From positions 26,693 through 90,692 of IMG/VR virus record IMGVR_UViG_3300023202_000135: a stretch of DNA of 64,000 nucleotides; one strand, 5' to 3'. The position numbers and the translations under genes are program-made. Under the pieces are notes generated by a model. That model had not been told where the DNA came from and did not search any database. It saw only the letters and a list, made by a program, of their open reading frames with translations. Below, in pieces: positions 52,450 through 62,100 of this stretch (within the stretch, counting starts at the first letter, position 1; every line of letters starts with the position of its first letter). Source of the DNA: a virus.

Positions 52450-54360
52450 TCAGGCGGCAGGTTCGGGGGTGAGGATCTCGTCGAGACTGTCGACCTTGAA
52501 GTAGGCGTGCAGGGCCATGGCCGTGTCCTCGTCGACCGAGACGACGGCGGTGTCGCCCGCGATCTTGACCTCCGCGTCCTTGTCGACACCGAAGTCCTTG
52601 AGGAACGCGACCGACTCGGTGAATAGGCTGCGCGGCACCGTGACCGTCTTGCCCTCGACGACGAGCTGTCCCTTGGCGTGCATGCCGACGAAGACGTCGC
52701 GGTGCTCCCCGGGCGTGCTGTCGAAGGCCTCGGCCAGCTTGGCGTGGGCGCCCTCGCTGAGGTAGAACGGGGTTCCGTCCTCGTCCTCGTAGTAGCCCTT
52801 GTGCTTCTCGGGCTCCGCGGCGAAGCCGTAGGCGTGGCCCTTGGTCTTCTTGCCCTTCTTGTTGTGCATGTGGTCGTTCTTGGGCGCTTCGTCGTCGCCC
52901 TCCTTCACGGCCAGCTTGACCTTCCGCATGCGGCGGGTCTTGCGGTCCTTGAAGTCCTTGGGCTTCTTCATCTTCTTGGTGGTGGCGTGCGGGTCGTAAC
53001 CGCGCTCGCTGATCTCCTGCGCGACGGCCAAGGCGTCCTCGGCCTCGACGATTTCGCGCTCGATGCCCTCGACCTTCTCGGCCTCCTTGAGCCGGCGGTT
53101 GGCAGCGGTCACGCCCATGCCCCCGGAGATGGTGATCGGGAAGCCATTGACCACGGTCTTGATGTGGACCGCGCGCTCATCGGAGAAGGACTCGTTGAGG
53201 TCGTTGCTGCCTTCGGCGCCCTCGTTGAGTTCGATCTCCAGGGCGTCGAGCTTGCCGCTCTTGGCCAGCTCGTCCTTGACGGCCTTCACGAACTGCTCGC
53301 CCAGCGGGCTCTCCATAACCTCGCGCATGGCCCACGACATGAGGTACTCGCTCACACCGTAGTGGGGGCTGCCCTTGAACATGTCGTAGGAGCTGAGGCG
53401 GCAGGACCCGCCGTAGCAATCGACGTTGATGCCGTCGACGACGAGCGGGCCCTTGGCCTTGGCTTCGGTGATGTAGCTGTTGTCGGCCTTCACGGGCTCA
53501 CCGCAGCAGTATTCGAGCAGAGCGGCGGCGGCTTCGATCTCCTCGCTCTCGTTGCTGTCACCGCGGATCATGTCGACGGCAATCTCGATCGCATCCTCGG
53601 TGCTCTTGCCGCGCTTGACGGCCTTCTTCACGATCTCGTTGACGATCTTCTCGTCGGCGTCCTCGCCGTGCACCTTCTGCGCGGTCTTCCAGGCAGCATC
53701 CTTGACGTCGCCCTTGTCAACGGCCTCGTCGATGGACTCCTTCATGTGCGGGGCGCCGACCGGGCGCTTGTTGGCGCGCGCCTTCGAGGGCATCGCGTCG
53801 TTCTTGATCTCCTCGCCCTGCTTCTTGGTGCCGATGGACTCGGGGATGAAGACGCGGCACTCGTGGTTGTTGATGGCGTAGACCGGCATCTCGTCGCGGT
53901 CCTCCTCATCGACCTCACTGATGCGCGGGATGCCAGCCTCTTCGATGAAGGCCTCGGCGTGCTCGCGATCCGGGAACGTGATGTGCATGAGGATACCGTC
54001 GTCGCTCTCCTGCGTAGTGGTGATGGCCCCTTCGTTCTGGTCGGCCACCTCCTCGATCGACTCGGCTGTGTGGCGCTTGAAGTGGCCGTGCGGGTTGTCG
54101 CTGGCGGGGCGCTGCGGGCTCTTGAGCGCGCTGCCGCTGGCCTTCTTCGCCTCATCCCCGCCGCCGCTGCCGTAGGCCTCGTTGAGGCGCTTGACAGTGG
54201 GCAGGGCGACGCCCGCCTCTTCCGCGACCTCAGCGGCGATCTCCAGGGCCTCGTCGTCGTCCTCGGCCTCGGACAGGTCCGTGGCGAGGCCGGGGCGCAA
54301 CCGCAGACCGTCGAGGCCTTCGTTCATCGCCCAGGCTTCGAGCAGCTTCTTGATGTCCAT
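52450..54360 (-). CDS. Prohead core/internal protein-like
   Basis: 636 aa, GGAGG RBS; N terminus MDIKKLLEA; many LxE/IxE motifs. Confidence 0.75.
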   Translation of the reverse strand: MDIKKLLEAWAMNEGLDGLRLRPGLATDLSEAEDDDEALEIAAEVAEEAGVALPTVKRLNEAYGSGGGDEAKKASGSALKSPQRPASDNPHGHFKRHTAESIEEVADQNEGAITTTQESDDGILMHITFPDREHAEAFIEEAGIPRISEVDEEDRDEMPVYAINNHECRVFIPESIGTKKQGEEIKNDAMPSKARANKRPVGAPHMKESIDEAVDKGDVKDAAWKTAQKVHGEDADEKIVNEIVKKAVKRGKSTEDAIEIAVDMIRGDSNESEEIEAAAALLEYCCGEPVKADNSYITEAKAKGPLVVDGINVDCYGGSCRLSSYDMFKGSPHYGVSEYLMSWAMREVMESPLGEQFVKAVKDELAKSGKLDALEIELNEGAEGSNDLNESFSDERAVHIKTVVNGFPITISGGMGVTAANRRLKEAEKVEGIEREIVEAEDALAVAQEISERGYDPHATTKKMKKPKDFKDRKTRRMRKVKLAVKEGDDEAPKNDHMHNKKGKKTKGHAYGFAAEPEKHKGYYEDEDGTPFYLSEGAHAKLAEAFDSTPGEHRDVFVGMHAKGQLVVEGKTVTVPRSLFTESVAFLKDFGVDKDAEVKIAGDTAVVSVDEDTAMALHAYFKVDSLDEILTPEPAA

Positions 54361-54446
54361 GGAACTGTCCTCCGGTGACGCTTTGTCAGCGTAGTAGGTA
54401 CTTCGGTTTCGGCCAGGGGCAACTCAGCGTGCCGCCCGGAAGGGTC

Positions 54447-56435
54447 TCAGCCCTCGTCGAACGCGGCGAGGGTCTCCGCGACGTCCGCCTTTTTGCTGCG
54501 GCGCTTGTCGCGCGGGTACTTAGGAGCAACCGTCTCCAGCGTAGCCCCGTCCGACTTCGGAGGGGCGCCGCGGTGGCTGATGATCCGGTACTTGTCCTTG
54601 TGCTTGGCCATGCCGCCGTACACGCCGGTCATGCCCGCCGTCTCGTCCACCCCGATGGGGTGGGTGTGGTCGTTGGCTTCGTCGACCGAGACCTCGATGT
54701 TCTCGCCCGCTTGGGGGTTGAAGTGCACTTCGTGTGCATGGTTCTCATCGGTGGTGCTCACGACGCGCACCACCTTGTCGGCCAGGATCGAACGAGCCTG
54801 GGCGCCGCTGATGCTGACGGTGTGCGTGTGCGGGTACTCGCCCGCTTCCTCCAAGCGGATGTCGACGTCGTCGCCCGCCGCTTCCTCCAGCTCGTCGCGG
54901 TCCACGACGTAGTGGTCTTCGTTCTTCTTGCGGCGCAGGATCCGGGAGAGCAAACCGCCGCGGCTTCGACTCTTGGTCTTGATCTTGGGCGTGCGCCGGC
55001 TCTTCTGCATCGTGCGCATCGTGTTCTTGATCGCGCGACTCTGCGCGACCTCGTCGACGCCTTCGAGCTTCGCGTAGGACGTCTCGGCCTTGTTCTTGTC
55101 GTCGCTGTCCTTCGCGGAGAGCGCAGTGATGTAGGACTTGGCGTCGCCGCTCTTCTTCGACCATCCGGAACCGGTCCAGTAGCGCATGCTGCCGTCACGG
55201 CCCTTGATGACGAGGGCGTAGCCCTTCCCCACCTTCGCAGTGGTGACGCGATCCCGGGAAGAGCGACCTTCGTCGAAGTCTTCGAGTGATTCGCTCATTT
55301 TGCCGCGCGCCCCTACACCGTAGTAGCTCTGGAGCGGCTCTCCGCAGTTGGGGCACTTCTTCGGGTACCGGCCCGGATACTTGAACACGCGGAACGTGCA
55401 GTGCGGGCACACGTGCTTCGCATCCTGGGTCATGTCGTTCATCCGGCGCAGGAGGCCGGGCGACATGGCTTCGGTCAGCTTGCGGACGTTCACGCCCTTC
55501 TTGACGTCCTTGACCCACTTCTTCGCGATCTTGATCGCTTCGTCTTCGTCGTCGATGCTTTTGCGCATGTTGATGGTGAGCCAGCCCTTGCCGTCCTTGC
55601 TGCGGATGTGCGCAACGTAGTGGTCCCGGTGGTAGGACAGGTTGTACCCTGGTCCGCGCAGGCGCGCTTCGTCGAGGCTCTCCTTGAGCTTGCCGGCGGC
55701 GAACTTCTTGCCCTTGTCGGTGACTTCGCCCGCGGCGTCGACGTAGCCCATCTTGATGAGCTTGCCCATGACGGACGAGCCCACATTGGCGCGGCCCTTG
55801 ATGATGCCCTGGACCTTCTTGCGCAGCGAGACCGCAGACGAGCCTTCGTCGATGATCGACGCGCCCGTCGATTCCTTGAGCAGGTCCTTGAGGCGCTGTC
55901 CTCCCTTGAGCTTCACCTCGTGCTTGCGGACGTTGATCCACTGCGGCTTGCCGATCACCTTGACCTTCACCTGGATCATGTCCTTTGTCTGGCCGCGCGG
56001 CAGCCGTCGAGCGATCTTGTCCGGCAGCGGGCGCACGTCGAATACCTTATTCTTGAGCTGGATGCCGGACGTGCCCTGGGGAGGGTAGTAGGTGCCGACG
56101 TCGCGGGCTTCGTCGAGGCGGGCTTCGGTGATCTTGCTGCCGTCGTCCCAATCGCCCAGCTCGTCGACGGGTGACACTTCGTCACCGGCGTCGTCGTAAT
56201 CCATCGGAGTCATGGTGCCGTCGTCGGAGATGAGCAGGGCGCGCTGTTGGCCCTGGACGATGAAGCCGGCCTCCGACTCATGGACAGCGGTGGCCTCGTC
56301 ACCGTTGCGGCGCATGAAGGCGCGCCCGCTTTCTGCGGCGAGCAGGGCGAGGGTGCCGAGGTTATGCGCCTCGGTCAGCGGGGCGCTCTCGTTGATGTCG
56401 GTCTGGAAGAGCGTGGCGAGTTGGGAAGCGTTCAT
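54447..56435 (-). CDS. Modular internal-protein-like polyprotein
   Basis: Start MNASQL; short basic modules separated by ES..L/I-D-E linkers; Zn ribbon CPHC...CPNC; His-rich HTH/HAHE repeats. Confidence 0.75.
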   Translation of the reverse strand: MNASQLATLFQTDINESAPLTEAHNLGTLALLAAESGRAFMRRNGDEATAVHESEAGFIVQGQQRALLISDDGTMTPMDYDDAGDEVSPVDELGDWDDGSKITEARLDEARDVGTYYPPQGTSGIQLKNKVFDVRPLPDKIARRLPRGQTKDMIQVKVKVIGKPQWINVRKHEVKLKGGQRLKDLLKESTGASIIDEGSSAVSLRKKVQGIIKGRANVGSSVMGKLIKMGYVDAAGEVTDKGKKFAAGKLKESLDEARLRGPGYNLSYHRDHYVAHIRSKDGKGWLTINMRKSIDDEDEAIKIAKKWVKDVKKGVNVRKLTEAMSPGLLRRMNDMTQDAKHVCPHCTFRVFKYPGRYPKKCPNCGEPLQSYYGVGARGKMSESLEDFDEGRSSRDRVTTAKVGKGYALVIKGRDGSMRYWTGSGWSKKSGDAKSYITALSAKDSDDKNKAETSYAKLEGVDEVAQSRAIKNTMRTMQKSRRTPKIKTKSRSRGGLLSRILRRKKNEDHYVVDRDELEEAAGDDVDIRLEEAGEYPHTHTVSISGAQARSILADKVVRVVSTTDENHAHEVHFNPQAGENIEVSVDEANDHTHPIGVDETAGMTGVYGGMAKHKDKYRIISHRGAPPKSDGATLETVAPKYPRDKRRSKKADVAETLAAFDEG

Positions 56436-56510
56436 GGTGGCCGTCCTGTGGGGCAGCGTAGTGGTTGATAGTCTCTGATTCGGGCGCGAAGTCAACGAAG
56501 GCGTGCCCTC

Positions 56511-56881
56511 TCAATCGTCGTCGAGGCCCTCGATCACGAACCACTCGTCGGGTCCATCGGCTGGGGGTGCGGCCGGCGGTAGGGGTGTGTCGGAGGCCTC
56601 CGTGATGGGAGGAGCTTGAAAGGCTGGGCGAATGGGCTGGATATGAGGGTCTGGTACATGAGATGCGTCTCGGGCTCGATCTCCGCGATCTTGTCGGAAC
56701 CTCGCTGGAGCACGCGTTCGAGAAGGCCAAGTGCGGCGCTTGACGGATCGCACCTCACGAACATCCGCACCTTGTACGGGCTCGACATGATCCGGTCCCA
56801 CAAGTCACGCTCCTCCGGGCCGCCGTCGACGGGGAACCATAGTCCAGGGAAGCCGAAGATGATCTCGGTGATATGGTTCAT
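56511..56881 (-). CDS. Hypothetical protein, apparently frameshifted near 56608
   Basis: MNHITEIIFG... keeps GC3 bias up to FKLL; the bias then moves to the frame ending ...EWFVIEGLDDD*. Confidence 0.5.
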
Positions 56882-57579
56882 GGCGCATGCAAAGCCCCGT
56901 CGTTGATGGTGATGCCCGGGACGTAGCCGTTCTTGATCCCGCGCGACAAGGCCCCGATCGCGGATCGGTCGTGTGCGTAGTGGTGCTCGATCCCAGCAAC
57001 AGCTTCCTTGAGCGTGATTCCGGGGTGGCCCCGCACGTGCAGCAGAAGTCGGTGGCACGTGCCTTTGAACGGGGACCAGCTTACGCCACCGGCCGATCCT
57101 GCGGGCTTAAAGTTCTTGGCGATGTCGACGAGCCAAGGGTCCAGGCGGTTAGTACGCTTGTCCCGATGTTCCGGGTCGCTCAGTGACCGGACCTTGTAGC
57201 GGTAGCTCTCGATGACGTCGTCGACGATCACGTCCGCGCCCTTCGACACGGTCAGCATTCCGACGCCTCGTTCCCGCGCGATCCGGCAGCCGAGGACCCA
57301 CGCCCTGCGCTGAGTCGAGCAGTTGTTGAAGTACGGTACCGCGATCGAGGAGCGGTTGACGTCGCGGTGGCGGCGCAGGCTTTGAGAGAGGACTTCCAAG
57401 GACAGGGCGCGCTTGCACTCGATGCCCCACAGCACGTCGCCCTTCTGCGCCACCATGTCGATGTGTGCGATCTCTTGATAGACCGACCAGCCATTTGCAC
57501 GCAGCCAACCGACGACGCGCTCAGCGAGTTCGCACTCACTGTCGAATCGTAGTGGCTTGTGCTTGGCGCGTCGCGGCAT
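56878..57579 (-). CDS. PD-(D/E)xK restriction-endonuclease-like protein
   Basis: SE.EL...V..WL...GW.VYQE...IDMVA...GIECK motif. Confidence 0.75.
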   Translation of the reverse strand: MPRRAKHKPLRFDSECELAERVVGWLRANGWSVYQEIAHIDMVAQKGDVLWGIECKRALSLEVLSQSLRRHRDVNRSSIAVPYFNNCSTQRRAWVLGCRIARERGVGMLTVSKGADVIVDDVIESYRYKVRSLSDPEHRDKRTNRLDPWLVDIAKNFKPAGSAGGVSWSPFKGTCHRLLLHVRGHPGITLKEAVAGIEHHYAHDRSAIGALSRGIKNGYVPGITINDGALHAP

Positions 57580-57582
57580 CGC

Positions 57583-57864
57583 TCAGGGTTCCTCCCCTGG
57601 CAACAGGCACACGTCCTCGCTGCCGGCGACGCCGGGGTCGCACGCCACGTGATACCCAATCGGTTGGGCGAGGTGATTGATGAGGTCGATGACGGTGACG
57701 TAGGTCTGGTCGTCCTCCATCGTCACGTTGTCACCGAAGGCCTCGACCAAGTCCGGCTCGCTGGTGATGTTCACCTGCTCGTCGAGGAAGTCCGCGATGG
57801 ATGAACGGTTGATGGCGGTGATCCGATTGCGGACCAACCCGGCCGAGGCAGCGTTCAGTGACAT
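57583..57864 (-). CDS. Hypothetical protein
   Basis: 93 aa, tightly packed in the operon. Confidence 0.6.
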   Translation of the reverse strand: MSLNAASAGLVRNRITAINRSSIADFLDEQVNITSEPDLVEAFGDNVTMEDDQTYVTVIDLINHLAQPIGYHVACDPGVAGSEDVCLLPGEEP

Positions 57865-58103
57865 TGGGCCTCCAGCTCTTCGAGCGGGTCGAAGATGTCG
57901 ACGTGTTTGTTGGTGATGGGGTTGAGCACGCGGATGCGGCGAACCACGGTATGTCGACGGTCGGGGTTGCGCATCACGCCGTGGCCGATCTCAGCAAGAG
58001 CTTGGACTCGGTCGCTTCCGCCCGGGGCGTTCACGCGCAGGATCCCGTCCTTGGTCTCGACAGCGAGGTCCCCGGGCATCGGGTCGTTCATGTTGATTCG
58101 CAT
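57855..58103 (-). CDS. Hypothetical protein
   Basis: AAGGAG RBS before MRINMND. Confidence 0.6.
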   Translation of the reverse strand: MRINMNDPMPGDLAVETKDGILRVNAPGGSDRVQALAEIGHGVMRNPDRRHTVVRRIRVLNPITNKHVDIFDPLEELEAQCH

Positions 58104-58117
58104 CGTAGTGGCTCCTT

Positions 58118-58480
58118 TCAAGCGGATTGACGGTTGGGCCATAGGAAGTGCCCGGCGATGAAGCCTGTGATGAACTTCCCGGGGAGTATGAGCCAGTGCG
58201 CGCCGAGGGTGAAGTCCAAGGCGACCATGCCGGCGAGGAGCGCAGTCAGCGGGGCGATGACCTGCCACGGCTTCCGGTCCTTGTCGATGGGCCAGAAGAA
58301 GTGCCCCATGAGCGCGCCGAGGGCGAAAGGGACCGCGCTGGTCTTGAGGCTGAGGCTGGTGATGACGGCGCTGATCGTGTTGCCCTCAGTGCTGTCGAGG
58401 GCAAGGCCGATGTCCCAGGCGATGAGCCCGGCCGTCGCCACGAGGATGATGGATAGGGTGAGTATCTGTGCTTTGGTCAT
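58118..58480 (-). CDS. Small multi-pass membrane protein (holin-like candidate)
   Basis: Start MTKAQ; about 4 hydrophobic segments; duplicated GHFFWP/GHFLWP motif. Confidence 0.65.
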   Translation of the reverse strand: MTKAQILTLSIILVATAGLIAWDIGLALDSTEGNTISAVITSLSLKTSAVPFALGALMGHFFWPIDKDRKPWQVIAPLTALLAGMVALDFTLGAHWLILPGKFITGFIAGHFLWPNRQSA

Positions 58481-58776
58481 CGACTCTTCCGTCGCTGGTT
58501 GCGGTGCGCCTTCGTAGTGGCACGAGTGCACAACCGGTCGAACGTTTCGGACATGCCGTTGTCCTGCGGCAGCATGCACTGGCCGTCCGGCGGTGTGCCC
58601 TCGCCCTGCTCGATCTTATCCCTGCACCGGCGGAGGCTCTCGCGGTACGCGTCCTCGTCGCCGCCGTAGACCACGTCGATGATGCGGCGCTGTTCGGATT
58701 CGCGCTCCTCATCGGTGATGCCATAGACCTTCGGCTCCAGGGCCGGGTGTGTCTCGGTGGGGGTAGGCGTTCGCAT
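58477..58776 (-). CDS. Hypothetical protein
   Basis: GGAGG RBS before MRTPTP. Confidence 0.6.
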   Translation of the reverse strand: MRTPTPTETHPALEPKVYGITDEERESEQRRIIDVVYGGDEDAYRESLRRCRDKIEQGEGTPPDGQCMLPQDNGMSETFDRLCTRATTKAHRNQRRKSR

Positions 58777-58777
58777 G

Positions 58778-59122
58778 TCAGTCACCTCCGTCCTTGTTGC
58801 GGTGGATCGTCGCGGTGTCTGCCTTCGCTCGCTTCTCGTGGCGCGCGGACAGCTCCGCGTGGAGACGTTGCATCGCGATGTCGATGTGCTGCACCGGCGG
58901 CTGTCCGAGCATGATGAGCACGACGTTGAAGCCACTGAGCACGAGTCGGTAGTCCCACGAGTGGCCGCTCCCTTGCATCTGGTAGAGGAGCGGCATGTCC
59001 CCTGCGGTCTCGATCACGTCGTAGTTGCGCGCGCAGGCAGCGACGAACGACACGAGGTCCTCGCTCGGGTTACGTCCGATTGGTAGCTCGAACGATTCGT
59101 GGTTGCGGAGTAGCTGGATCAC
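58778..59122 (-). CDS. Hypothetical protein
   Basis: GTG start overlapping the upstream stop (GTGA). Confidence 0.6.
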   Translation of the reverse strand: MIQLLRNHESFELPIGRNPSEDLVSFVAACARNYDVIETAGDMPLLYQMQGSGHSWDYRLVLSGFNVVLIMLGQPPVQHIDIAMQRLHAELSARHEKRAKADTATIHRNKDGGD

Positions 59123-62100
59123 AAGTCCCCCTTCTCTTGCTTCTTGAGGACGGACGCGGCCCACCGCTTGCCGGGGTCGCCGCCGAACGCGAGGAACATG
59201 GCCTTGCCGCCTTCCGTGGACTTGTCGGCCTCGCACTCGAAGAACTCGTGGATGCGCTTGGCCTCGGACAGCGGCACAGCAGACGTCAGAGCAGGGGCCT
59301 TGAGGATGCCCTCGACCATGCCGAGCTTGGATATGCGCGTGATGCCGCGCTTATGGGCGCGCTCGACCGCAGACGGCGGTGTGAACGTCTCCTCGACCAA
59401 AGCGACGTGCTCCACGATGACTCCGAGCACCTCATCCGGGATGTCGAAGTCGCTTCGTAGTAGGCGGGCCTCCTTGAAGTATTGCTTGGGCGAGATGTAC
59501 GCGGCTTTGCCCTTCTCGGCCTTCTTGCGCGGCTTCGCCCCCTTCTTGTACATGTCCCATGCGAGGGCGAAGGCCTTGTCCTTGGCCATGCCCTTGGCCT
59601 TCATCGCCTTGACCGTTCCGCTGAATCCGGGAGGGGCCTTCTCGTCGAGGCTCTCCTCCTGTGACGCTTCGTCACCGGGCGCGGGCTCTTCCTCGGGCTC
59701 TTCGTCCTCCGGCGGTTCCTCGCCGCCCCCGCCGGCTCCTGGTTCCTGGCCGAGCTGGTCGGCCGTAGTGGTGACCGGTCGCGGCTCCAACGTGGGCACG
59801 GTGTTCGTGATGCGGCCGACCGGGTTGATCTCCAGCTTCTTGAGCTTGAACTTAATGCGCGTCTGCTGGATCGCCTTCTTCTCGTCCATGCCTCCGACGA
59901 TGAGCATGTTGAGCCAGTCCTGCACGTCATCGAGATAGAACCCGATCTCAGGGACCCCGTACACGTTGGCGTCGGCCTTCTGGTTCCCCTTGGCCTTCGT
60001 AGTGGTCTTGGGATTCGCGCCCTGGTTGTCCGCGCCCGCGTTGTTGGACGGGGCTTCGTTGAGGTCGTCGATGGATTCGCGCAGCTTGAGCTTCTTGCCT
60101 TTGAACTCGGGGTCGCCGTACTTCACGCTCACGATCTCGGCCCAATCACCGACCTTGTCGAGCCACGTGCGCATCGCGGAGCGGGAGCCGAATGCAGCGA
60201 CCGCCCGACCATCTGCCCAATGAACGACCCATGCCTTGCCCTTGGCGGCGCGGTCTTCGGGGCCCTCGGCCTTGTTGATCGCCTTGAGGTCGGCCGCGGT
60301 GGGTGGTGCGTTCTTCTCGAACAGGACGGCTTCGCCCTCGCCCTCGGAGGCACGCTTCTTCTTGGCCGCGGGGTTGTCGAGCTTGGAGCGGAACTGCGGC
60401 GGGACCACGCTCTCCTGCACCTGCGGGTCGCCCTCTCCGTAGTCGTCTGCCCACGGCATGGGGCGACCATTGTTCAAGGCCTTGTGCATCTCGTTGAAGG
60501 CCCACCAGAGCTGGAACTCATCGCTGGGGATCTCCATGATGACGCCTTCGTTGAGGCCCATGCAATCGAGGCACTCGATCTTCCATGCCCCCGAATAGGA
60601 CGGCATGCGGAAGCGCGTGTTGCGGCCCTCGCATACCGGGCAGGGCTTGTCGCAGGGCCGGGCGCCCTCATCGAGCGACTCTTGGGTCTGCCGGCGGCAG
60701 TCCTTGCACGTGAGGATCCAGTCGTTCTCGGCCGTGGACTCACGGTAGTAGGTGTCGGGGCTGCCGCACTTCGGGCAGGCCTTCGCCACTTCGTCGATCG
60801 CGGTCTCCCGGAGGCCCAGCTTCTTGAGGTACTTCTTCACCTTGCGCTTGGTCGGCAGGCGCGCGACGACGTTGCCGCCCATGAAGTCGGCCGTGTACCC
60901 TCCGACGTTGGTCGAGACGGTGACCTCATTGGGGGCTTCCGCGAGGTGACGGTCGATCTCGTCGAAGCCGTCCTGGATCAGCTCACCAGCGCAGGTGAGA
61001 CCCAGGCGATGCGCGAGGATGCCAAGCGAGAAGTTGTCAGCGCGCACCACCGCCACGCCCTGCACCTCTTCGCAAGGAATGCCGAGCTGCTGTGCGATGG
61101 GTGACACGTCGTCAAAGGGCTTCTCGTCGATCACGAGGCAGTGGCCGCGACGATCGTAGTTGACGCGGCTGAGCACGCTCTCGTTGTGCCGGCGAAAAGC
61201 CTTGGACAACGCGACCACTTCCTGTTCCGCATCGGTCAGACCTTCGATCTCCTCGCTCTCGTTGATCTCTGTACCGGTGCGGCGCAGCACGTAGCTCAGG
61301 TACTTGCGCAGTCCCATGTCGTTGTCGATGGCGAGGGGCTTGGATCGGGTGTAGCTACCGATCACCCCTTCCGACAACACACCACCGTGGTTCCACGCCT
61401 CATGGACCGCGTGTTCCATGATCTCGGCCGTCTCGTCGAGGCCCAGGCGATGCGCGGCGAGCGCAACGACGGCCGGGGCGCCCTCGATGACGTGGTGCTT
61501 GCCGATGGCGGACGCGTTGAGGCCGAAGAGCTTCGCGACCTTCGGTGCGTCCTCGTGCTCGGTCACCAGAACGTAGTGGTCCCCGGTCGTCGCTTCCACG
61601 AGCCGGGCCATGGCGCGGTCCTCATGGCGGCGCGTGTAATGATACCCGATCGTGTTCGCATGCTTCCCTTCGTGGATCGCGGTGCGGCGAACAACATACC
61701 GGCTGAGCACCTCGTGGCTCTCATTGAGTCGCTCGACGATGCGACGGTAGACGCGCCCGCGCTTCATTTTCTCGGCCGTCTCGTTCACTTCTTCGGTGAG
61801 GCGGGCCGGAGGGATGATGACGATGGCCTCGTCGATGTCGTACCACTCCAGGTGCCGGGCGAGGCCGTCGACCACCGTGTTGATGATCGGGATGGCGTCG
61901 ACCTCGTTGAGCAAGGTCTTGTGGTCGAGCTTGCCGTTGGCCGTGCGCACGCCGAAGTCGAAGGCGGTGATGTGCGGGTCGTTCTGTACTTCGATCATGG
62001 TCGATACGTAGTGGTGCTTGCCGACGTCGAACTCGTAGACGCTCTCGCGCTTTGCTTTGGCGTGTCGCTCTTTCTTGATGGTGTGCGTTCGGACGCGCCG

